Part shown: in pieces, positions 56,674 to 64,000 of the stretch
How the letters are laid out: the number at the start of each line of letters is the position of its first letter
Position numbering within the stretch: the first letter of the stretch is position 1
From: Planctomycetota bacterium
GTDB taxonomy: Bacteria; Planctomycetota; UBA8108; SXIK01
Direction: 5' to 3'
DNA length: 64,000 bases
Assembly (NCBI GenBank): GCA_965223845.1
Contig: CBDCXR010000004.1
Span: 384,001-448,000, forward strand
Translations under genes and position numbers: made by a program
Notes under the pieces: model-generated
What the model saw: the letters and a program-made list of their open reading frames with translations, nothing else
The model's database searches: none
Told to the model about the DNA's origin: nothing

Positions 56674-58470
56674 ATGAACGTCGCCACGCCAACGAAAACC
56701 GCCATGAAAACTCCAAGCAAGATTCGCTCTCTCCTCATCTGCGCAATCTGCGTCGCGTTCGGTGCCGCCGCTATGTTGGTCGTGCTGTACAAGCGACCCG
56801 GAAGCGCGCTCGTGAACAAGGTCCTCGTCATGAGTGGCATCCGTGAGGACATGGGGAGCCGGTTTCCGTACGGCTGGAACAAAATGCGCGATCCGAGCGA
56901 GTGGACGGGAGTCCAATCGCCTACGCATCCCGAGTGGAAGGTGCGGAAGGGCGTCGACGTCGTGCGCGTCGCGACGGGATTCACGTATCCCGTGAACGTC
57001 GTCCACAAGGAGAACGCCGGCGGCGCGCCGGGTGATCCCTACGTCTACGTGAACGAGCTCCACGGCGCGGTGAAGTACGTGACTCGGGACGGAACGGTCG
57101 GGACGTTCGCCGACGGACTCATCAACTTCGACCCGATCCCACTCGCGAAGAGCGACGAAGCGGGACTCAGCGGGCTCGCAACGATTCCCGGATCGAACGA
57201 CCTCATCGTGACGGGAGCCTACATGGACGAGGCGAGCGGCCTTCTCCAGAATCGCGTGCTCCGGCTCGTGAGCAGTCCCGACGGAAAAACGTCGGTCCGG
57301 ACGGATACCCTCCTCGATCTCAAGGAGTTCACGAGCCCGTCGAACCAGATTCAACAGGCGCTGATCGGCCCGGACGGAAAGCTGTGGGTGTCGGTCGGTG
57401 ACGCGGAGAACCCTCATCTCAGCATCGAGAAGACGAAATTCGCCGGAAAGCTCCTTCGACTCAATCTCGACGGCAGCGCCCCGAGCGACAACCCGTTCTA
57501 CGATTCGAATCAGCCGGACTCTCCGATCAGCTACGTCTACGCCTACGGACTTCGCAACTGCTTCGACATCGCCTTCCACCCGAAGTCGAAGGAGGTCTGG
57601 GTCGTCGACAACGGCAAGCACACCGATCGTCTCGCGCAGGTCGAGCGCGCCGGGGACTACGGCTGGACGGGCGAAGTCGGGAGCACCGCGGTGAACGCGA
57701 GCTTCGTTTGGACACCGACCGTCTCGCCCTGCGGAATGGCGTTCGTCGAGGATGCGGCCAAGCTCGGCTTCGGCTCACCGGATTCTCTCTTTGTCGCGCT
57801 CTACGGTCCGCCGGGTGCGGTCGGCGCGAATCACGCCAAGCGCATCGTCGAGTTTCGTTTCGATCCCGCGACGGGACTCGTGAAGGGCGTTCCGAAGCCC
57901 TTCGTTCAGTACGTCGGCGACGAGAAGACGACCGTCCTCGGGCTCGCAGTGGGCGATGATGGACTCTACTTCACCGATTTTTTCGGTGCCTCGATCGAGA
58001 TCGATGCGACCGGCGCCGGCTCGCTCTGGCGCGTCGTTCCGTCGGAGGCGACCGCGAAGCTGAAGGCGATGGAGGACGTCGTCCTCCAGCAGCTCTCCCC
58101 GCTCGACCGCGGGCAGGTCTACTTCACGCGGAACTGCGCGCCCTGCCATCGCCTCCAAGGTGAAGGCGGCGCCGAAGGCCCCGAGCTCACGCACTTCGCA
58201 CGGGAAGCAACGGGAAGGTTGAATTCGCCAGGCTACGCGGCGCTCCTCAAGAAGCTCTCCGAGTCGACCTCGGAGTTCGTCGTCGCGGAGGCTCCGCGCC
58301 GGGCAGAAGTCGAGCAAGCGACGGGAGAGGCGCGCGTCAAGATCTGGCTGAAGCACCACCTGATCGAGCCCCGCTTCGACAATCCGCGCGGGAAGATGCC
58401 CTCCTTCAGCACGCTCTCCGAAGGGGTGCGCGAGGAGATCATGCTCTACGTCCTGAGCGCAACGAAGTAG
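56674..58470 (+). CDS. PQQ-dependent sugar dehydrogenase (GSDH-like propeller) fused to cytochrome c
   Basis: GPDGKLWVSVGD, GKLLRLNLDGSAPSDNPF, YAYGLRN, GDYGW; CAPCH..GPELT..MP; N-terminal TM segment. Confidence 0.85.
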   Translation: MNVATPTKTAMKTPSKIRSLLICAICVAFGAAAMLVVLYKRPGSALVNKVLVMSGIREDMGSRFPYGWNKMRDPSEWTGVQSPTHPEWKVRKGVDVVRVATGFTYPVNVVHKENAGGAPGDPYVYVNELHGAVKYVTRDGTVGTFADGLINFDPIPLAKSDEAGLSGLATIPGSNDLIVTGAYMDEASGLLQNRVLRLVSSPDGKTSVRTDTLLDLKEFTSPSNQIQQALIGPDGKLWVSVGDAENPHLSIEKTKFAGKLLRLNLDGSAPSDNPFYDSNQPDSPISYVYAYGLRNCFDIAFHPKSKEVWVVDNGKHTDRLAQVERAGDYGWTGEVGSTAVNASFVWTPTVSPCGMAFVEDAAKLGFGSPDSLFVALYGPPGAVGANHAKRIVEFRFDPATGLVKGVPKPFVQYVGDEKTTVLGLAVGDDGLYFTDFFGASIEIDATGAGSLWRVVPSEATAKLKAMEDVVLQQLSPLDRGQVYFTRNCAPCHRLQGEGGAEGPELTHFAREATGRLNSPGYAALLKKLSESTSEFVVAEAPRRAEVEQATGEARVKIWLKHHLIEPRFDNPRGKMPSFSTLSEGVREEIMLYVLSATK

Positions 58471-58590
58471 GTCGGCGTCGCCGTCCGAGCGCGAGCTCGA
58501 ACTCGAGCTCGAGGAGAAGCGGTTCCCGTTCGCGATGCTTCGCCGCGAGGAAGGAGCGTGTCGACTCGGACTCCGGTCGCCGATCGCCGG

Positions 58591-60567
58591 CTAAGCCCCG
58601 CACCCGAGCGCGTCCGCGGTCGGATCGAGCCCTCGCGCCGGGCTGGGCGGGGGGATCGATGGGGCGCCGGGTGAGAACAGCGCATTCAAAACGTAGAGCG
58701 CGTCGTTGATGCGGACGCCGCCGTCGTCGTCAGCGTCCGCGGCGTCGAGGCAGCGGACGTTGCCGCTCGCGAAGAGGTAGAGGAGGGTGGCGACCGCGTC
58801 GCTCACGTCGATGCTCCCGTCGCCGTTCGCGTCGCCCCGCGTGAACGTCGCGCTCGCGTCGAGTGCCGCGAGGAGGAAACGGTCCGCCGCGCCCTCGAAG
58901 AGGACTGATTCCGTTCCGTCGGGATCGATCTTTCGGTACTCGATCCGCTCGCCACCCGCGATCTCGATCGCGTAGACGATCGACCCGTCCGCGTTCGCGC
59001 CGAAGCCGCCGACGCTTGTTGCCTCCGCGAGGCGGGCAAGGAGGTGGAATCCCGTTTCGGCATCGAGTGCGACGATTCCGAGTGAGGCGACGAAAAGATA
59101 CGTCGCAGTGTCCGTCGCGCCGAGAATGGTCGGCGGGCTTCCAGAATTCGCCAGCACCTCGAGAGTTCCTCCCGCGACACCCACGAGGATCCACGCGCCG
59201 CTCTCCCTCTGAGCACAGAAGTACGCGGTATCGCCGCCCGGCGTCGCCACCGGCTCGACGGCGATGATCCCTCCGAGCTCGTCGCTCCACGCGCCGTCCG
59301 CGAGCGAGGCGACGACGACGCTCCGATCACCTTCGAATCCGGTCGCGTGAATGACGATGTCGCCGTCTGTCGTCGTCGCAGCCGAGTGGACGGCCAGGTT
59401 TCCCGTCACGAGGTAGGGCGGAAGGAGCGGGCTCCCCGTCCGCGTGAGGTTGAGCGTCTCGCCGCTCGCGACGTCGTGCAAGAAAACGTCGACGCTCTGA
59501 TCGTGGTGGCCGCCGCCGAAGAGCGCGAGCTCTCCGCGAAAAACGACGAAGCTCTCCATGTCGATGTAAGGATTGAAGCGGTCGTCCTTGGTGACTTGTA
59601 CTCGGCCGCTCGGGCCGGGTTCGTCGGTCGGGTGAACGAACGTCTCCGGCTCCCGCTCGATGTCGAGATGGTAGAGAACAGCGTCGCCGGAGTCCGACAC
59701 GGCGAGGCGCGGTTTGTCCGCGCGGTGCTCGAGGTACTCGTCCGGCGATCGCGTCACGTTCAGTGTCGCTTCGCCGTCGCGCGTGACGTACACGTTGAGC
59801 TCGTCCGATCCGACGCCCGCGATGAAGGTCACCGCGCCGGCGCTTCCGGCGAGACTCGTCAGCTTGTCGAACGGACCGGCGACACGCTCGGCGGTTGTCG
59901 AACCCCCGCGGCGCGTGAGCGGAGCGCGATAGACCGACGTCCCGCCTGGCTCGTCGACCGCGACGTACGCCGAGAGCGACGTGAGGAAGACGAAGTCGGC
60001 GTCGATCGACTCGACGCCGGCCGGAAGCTCGACCGTCGACACGCTCGGTGGCATCGCGCGGAGGTCGAACGTGACGAGCGACTCGCGATCTGCTCCGTCG
60101 GCCGAAGCTTCGAGGACGAGCGCGAGGTCGAGGCCATCGGAGCCGAGCACGGCGCCGCGCCGCCGAATCGCGTAGCGGTCATCGGAGCTGTGAAGGAGAA
60201 CGTCGACGCCGCGCGTGCTCACGAACGCGAGGCCGCTCGATCCCGGCCTGCCGTCCTCCTCGCTGAACGCTAGGAGTTGACCATGAGGCGTATGGAGTCG
60301 AGGAAGAGAGCCCGTCGCGTCCAGCGAGACGCGTGCCATCGATTCGACGATGACCGGACTCTCGCGAAGCGGTAGCGCAACCCAGCGCACACCGTCGAGT
60401 CTCGGCGAGGCCGGCTGTTCGACGCCGCCTGCTACCGTCGCGAGTCGGGCGCGACCGCCAGGATCGCGCGAGGCGACCACGACGACGTCGTCAGCTCTCG
60501 CTGACCGAATCGATGCGAGCGTAGCGAGCACGGCGAACACGAGGAGGACTGCGCCCGCCGCGTTCAC
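58591..60567 (-). CDS. Secreted beta-propeller-like protein with a C-terminal dockerin-like module
   Basis: Signal-like VLLVFAVLATLASIRSARA; repeated TLNVTRS/TLNLTRT blades; FTRGDANGDG..CLDAADADDDG..DPTADALGC. Start is uncertain and set at GTG 60567 (ORF track gives 60696). Confidence 0.7.
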   Translation of the reverse strand: MNAAGAVLLVFAVLATLASIRSARADDVVVVASRDPGGRARLATVAGGVEQPASPRLDGVRWVALPLRESPVIVESMARVSLDATGSLPRLHTPHGQLLAFSEEDGRPGSSGLAFVSTRGVDVLLHSSDDRYAIRRRGAVLGSDGLDLALVLEASADGADRESLVTFDLRAMPPSVSTVELPAGVESIDADFVFLTSLSAYVAVDEPGGTSVYRAPLTRRGGSTTAERVAGPFDKLTSLAGSAGAVTFIAGVGSDELNVYVTRDGEATLNVTRSPDEYLEHRADKPRLAVSDSGDAVLYHLDIEREPETFVHPTDEPGPSGRVQVTKDDRFNPYIDMESFVVFRGELALFGGGHHDQSVDVFLHDVASGETLNLTRTGSPLLPPYLVTGNLAVHSAATTTDGDIVIHATGFEGDRSVVVASLADGAWSDELGGIIAVEPVATPGGDTAYFCAQRESGAWILVGVAGGTLEVLANSGSPPTILGATDTATYLFVASLGIVALDAETGFHLLARLAEATSVGGFGANADGSIVYAIEIAGGERIEYRKIDPDGTESVLFEGAADRFLLAALDASATFTRGDANGDGSIDVSDAVATLLYLFASGNVRCLDAADADDDGGVRINDALYVLNALFSPGAPSIPPPSPARGLDPTADALGCGA

Positions 60568-60700
60568 GCAAAGTGCACTCGGCTGCTTTGTGCGCTGCCG
60601 ATTCGAAGTCTCGCGGTTTCGCTCTCTAAGCAAGGCTCTCGCCTCTCTGACCTCGGGGCCGAGTCTCAAGATCGTCCTCGGTTGGGATCGACACAAGTCC

Positions 60701-60781
60701 GCTCTCCTCTCAATCTATCCGCCTCGATCTCTCTCCTCTCTCTCAATCGTCGTTCTTCGCGCTCCTTCGCGCTGTTCGTGA
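60701..60781 (-). repeat. (C[A/G]CGAAG)n motif plus purine-rich tract, copy 2
   Basis: Minus strand reads CACGAACAG CGCGAAGGAG CGCGAAGA, then GAGAGAGAGGAGAGAGA...; related to 15644..15760. Confidence 0.55.
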
Positions 60782-60897
60782 CACCCTCGGCCTGAGCTGG
60801 TACGGCCCCGGTTCGGGCACCGCTCTGCCCGCACTCGATCCGTCGGCACCTCGGACGAACGAAAACGAATCGAGCACGGACAGGGCGGCACTCGCGA

Positions 60898-62772
60898 TCA
60901 GTCGTCCGCGCAGCGAAGGCGGTCGAGAGTCGGATCGAATCCCGCGATCGAGTCGCCCGGGAAGGGCGGCGGGCGACCGATTCCGAAGAGGTAGATGAGG
61001 CCGTAGACCGCGTCCGAAATATCGACTCCGCCGTCGTCGTTGACGTCGATCGCATCCGGGCACGCCGGCGCCGGTCGATTCTGAAAAAGCGTCTGAAGGA
61101 TCGCGATCGAGTCTGCGATGTCGAGCGATCGATCGCCGTTCGCGTCCCCGCGGAGGAACGCGGTGTCGTACGAGCCGACCGTCGTAAAGAGGATCGGTGT
61201 CGCGGCGATGCCGCCCGCCGTTCCGTCCGGTAGAGAGACCGTACCCTCGAGGACGGTCATTCCGTCCGCGTCGGCGACGGTGACGGTCGCGCCCGCGAGC
61301 TCGCGCAGACTAGCGACGCCGAGGGGAAGTGGTTCGCCGCCGAAGAACACCTCTTTCGAGCGGATGTCGCCGAATCCATCCGCCGCGCCGGCGAAGAGCG
61401 AGGCCGACGCGTCACCCGAGTGCAGCTCGACCGAGTAGGTCGCGCCCGGAACGAGGTCCTCCACTTCGACCTCGATCTCGTGCTCGTCGTCTTGCTCTTC
61501 GAACTCGACCTTGCCGTTTGCGAGTGGAAGGACCGGGGTTCCCGGCTGCGTGAGAACCGTGACGAACTTCAACCGCGGGAGAGGGTCTGCTCCGCCTCCC
61601 GGAGGAGGAACCGCACGGATGTCGGGGACCGTGCCGACGAGAACGAGGACGAGCTCTTCGCCATCGACGCGGTAGATTTCGACGCCGACGCCGCTCAGCT
61701 CGGAGATCGCGTCCGCGCCGAACGGGAAGATCGGTCGACCGCGCTCCTCGTGCTCGGCATCGCCGTCTTCGTCAGTCGTGAGACTCGCGACCATCACTTC
61801 TTCGGGAGCTTCACCGTCACGCGTGAAGAACGCGCGGTACTCGCGGTGCGCCATCGCGTCGTCGATGCGAACTCGGACCGTGTCGCGCTCGATCTCCGAT
61901 TGGAGCTTGACGTCTCCGCCGATTCCGGCTTCGGGCGAGCCGGGCGCGCGGGCGAGGTCGAACTCGACCTGGATCTCTCCTGGGTCTTCGCCGTTCTCGC
62001 CGTCGTCCCCGAGTGCCGGAACGACACCCGAGAGGACGACGTTTCCGTCCGCGTCCTTCACCGCAACGGAGAATCCGACGAGCATCGCCGCGTTCCCGGC
62101 GCCGAAGGGGAGCGAGCGCCCCGACTCGGTATCGAGCTTGAGCGTGCCGTTCCCACTGTCTCCCGTGGCGATCGTACCGACCTCTTCGGTCGCGCCGTCG
62201 GGAGCAGACAGACAGACCACGAAGGACGCGCGCGGGGCGAGAGCGCGAACCTTGACCTCGAGAAGGTGGCGGCCGTCCCGCGCTTTGACGCGAACGCGGC
62301 CGTTCCCCATTCCGCCCGCGGGCGGCGCGAGCGCGGCGGTGCCGACGCCGTCCTCGTTCCGATCGACGTTGCCCGCGAGTCGGCCCTCGAGGACGACCGT
62401 GCCACCGGATTCCGCGATGCGGATCCATGCACCCGCGAGCCCGCCAAAGTCGCCGAACGCGGCGAGCGAAGCCGGAAGCGAGTCGCGAACGCGGATCTCG
62501 AAGCTGCCGTTCGATTCGACCGTCGACTCGAACGCGGGTACGAACTCCATCCCGTCGGCCGAGATCGAGATCGAGAGTCCGGCGCCGGGCGCGAGTCGGT
62601 CACCCTTGATCCGAAGCTCGTCCGACTCGAGTCGGGTCTCTCCGCGGGCCCCGCCTCCATCCGGCGCGTGGAGTGAGCTCGACTCGTGCGCTTGAGCTGT
62701 CGAGCCCACCGCCAAAGCGACGACGGTCGCCGCCGAAAGGACCCCTCTCTTCCAAGAGCTGTGGCGTTCCAT
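60898..62772 (-). CDS. Secreted protein with four ~100-aa beta-rich repeats and a C-terminal dockerin-like module
   Basis: RBS GGAGG; signal peptide ending AQA; four repeats ending L.G..V...DG..VL.G.V; FLRGDANGD..CPDAIDVNDDG..DPTLDRLRC. Confidence 0.8.
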   Translation of the reverse strand: MERHSSWKRGVLSAATVVALAVGSTAQAHESSSLHAPDGGGARGETRLESDELRIKGDRLAPGAGLSISISADGMEFVPAFESTVESNGSFEIRVRDSLPASLAAFGDFGGLAGAWIRIAESGGTVVLEGRLAGNVDRNEDGVGTAALAPPAGGMGNGRVRVKARDGRHLLEVKVRALAPRASFVVCLSAPDGATEEVGTIATGDSGNGTLKLDTESGRSLPFGAGNAAMLVGFSVAVKDADGNVVLSGVVPALGDDGENGEDPGEIQVEFDLARAPGSPEAGIGGDVKLQSEIERDTVRVRIDDAMAHREYRAFFTRDGEAPEEVMVASLTTDEDGDAEHEERGRPIFPFGADAISELSGVGVEIYRVDGEELVLVLVGTVPDIRAVPPPGGGADPLPRLKFVTVLTQPGTPVLPLANGKVEFEEQDDEHEIEVEVEDLVPGATYSVELHSGDASASLFAGAADGFGDIRSKEVFFGGEPLPLGVASLRELAGATVTVADADGMTVLEGTVSLPDGTAGGIAATPILFTTVGSYDTAFLRGDANGDRSLDIADSIAILQTLFQNRPAPACPDAIDVNDDGGVDISDAVYGLIYLFGIGRPPPFPGDSIAGFDPTLDRLRCADD

Positions 62773-62846
62773 GTTCGCCTCCCTGGTTGCTGATCTTCGC
62801 CCTTCCGTTTCCGAAGGCGGCTGGGCCGGCCGCCGAGTCGAGCGAG

Positions 62847-62862
62847 AGCAACGCGTGTACCA
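62847..62862 (-). promoter_or_regulatory. Sigma54-type -24/-12 promoter for the 62772 gene
   Basis: Minus strand TGGTAC-ACGCG-TTGCT versus consensus TGGCAC-N5-TTGCW; correct GG-N10-GC spacing, ~75 nt upstream of the ATG. Confidence 0.7.
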
Positions 62863-63060
62863 GAGCGCGAGAAGTCATTAAGTGGTTTGAAAGGCTTGAC
62901 TTGAGACCCATCCCTTGCTTCGGGCGAGGCAAGTGTGTTCGAATATCGATCGAGCGGATAGATCGATTTTCGATCAACTCGGCGATCGCCGATTCACTCG
63001 GGGGCCGTCTTCGACCAGTGACTCAGGGGTCCAGCCCCGCCGGGAGCCGCGCAGCCCGAC

Positions 63061-64000
63061 GTGCCTACATCCACCACGCGCTGGAAGGACGGCCGCTTCG
63101 GCCGGTTCACTCTCGACGTACCACTCGGCGAGGGTGGTTTCGGCGAGGTGTGGTCGGCCCGTGACCCTCTGCGACCGGGCGAGCGCCTCGCGCTCAAGAT
63201 CGCGCGTTCTTCGTCCGGGGCGGTCGGCGCGGGTAGGGCTTCCCGTGAGTTCCGCTTGGGCGCTCGCGTCCGGCACCCGGTTCTCGTGGAGCTCCTCGAG
63301 AGCGGAGTGGCGGAGGGGCGCGAGTACCTCCTCGCCGAACGGATCGACGGGCGTCACCTCGAGCCGCCGTGGCCGCGCGACGGCCTCGAGGCCGTCACCG
63401 TCGATCTCCTCGGCGCGCTCGAAGCCGTTCACGCCGCGGGTCTCGTTCACGGCGACATCCAGCCGGGGAATCTCATCGTCGAGGGAGCGTCTCCGCCTGG
63501 GCCGCGCCCGACCTCGAGTGGCGCGAGCCCGCGGGCGCGTCTCCTCGACTTCGGCCTAGCGCGAGAGCGCGGGTACGAAGGCGCAAAGCGGACGGGTGGC
63601 CACCCGCTGTTTCTTTCGCCGGAGGCGCTCCTCGGCGAGACGCCGGACGAGCGTGCTGATCTCTACTCGCTCGGACTCGTTCTATTTCAGTGTCTCGTGC
63701 GCTCGATCTCGTCGCCCCTCGCCGAGCACCTCGAGTACGCGCTTGCCGGGGGCTACCGTGACGAAGCGTCCCAGGTCGACTTACCCTGGAAGTTCGGATC
63801 GCTTCTCCCGCGCCTTCTCGAGCCGCAGCCCCGCGCACGCCTTCAGTCCGCGTCGGAGGCGCTCGAACTCGTCTCCGGCGAGCGGGACGGTAGGCGAACG
63901 ACGGTTCCGTCCTTCGAATCGTCCTCGACGATCGGCGTAGGAGAGTATTCGGAGTCGCTCCGGCGAGCTCTCACGAGCGTCGCCGGCGGCGGGGCGAAGC
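63061..64000 (+). CDS. Partial (3'-truncated) Hanks-type Ser/Thr kinase-domain protein, absent from the ORF track
   Basis: Manual translation from GTG 63061: LGEGGFGEVW, LALK, VHGDIQPGN, LLDFGLA, FLSPE, ADLYSLG; the frame runs off the window end. Confidence 0.85.
   Translation, partial: MPTSTTRWKDGRFGRFTLDVPLGEGGFGEVWSARDPLRPGERLALKIARSSSGAVGAGRASREFRLGARVRHPVLVELLESGVAEGREYLLAERIDGRHLEPPWPRDGLEAVTVDLLGALEAVHAAGLVHGDIQPGNLIVEGASPPGPRPTSSGASPRARLLDFGLARERGYEGAKRTGGHPLFLSPEALLGETPDERADLYSLGLVLFQCLVRSISSPLAEHLEYALAGGYRDEASQVDLPWKFGSLLPRLLEPQPRARLQSASEALELVSGERDGRRTTVPSFESSSTIGVGEYSESLRRALTSVAGGGAK

Overview
High-GC bacterial window, most consistent with a Planctomycetota genome. This is inferred from the DUF1501/DUF1549-DUF1553 pair, a PVC-type CxxCH protein, ECF sigma/Ser-Thr kinase pairs, sulfatases and dockerin-like tails. 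The first 15.5 kb is an A-B-A-B array of four very large secreted proteins: two lamin-tail/F-type-lectin/CotH-kinase-like proteins alternating with two multi-F-type-lectin/Ig proteins, all ending in a dockerin-like module. The middle carries a prenyltransferase-repeat protein, DUF1501/DUF1553, a zinc-ribbon protein, a hydrolase, two sulfatases, tadA, a lysine-rich DNA-binding candidate, a PVC heme protein, a Na+/H+ antiporter, a Gfo/Idh/MocA oxidoreductase, a clan GH-A-like glycoside hydrolase and two tRNA-Ser genes. After the tRNAs come two ECF sigma/Ser-Thr kinase modules, a ~196-nt rod-like hairpin, a UbiA/GT-C/sugar-dehydrogenase cluster, two more dockerin proteins behind a sigma54-type promoter and a truncated kinase. 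No CRISPR array, integrase, transposase or rRNA was seen. All domain calls come from motif recognition by eye, not from database searches.
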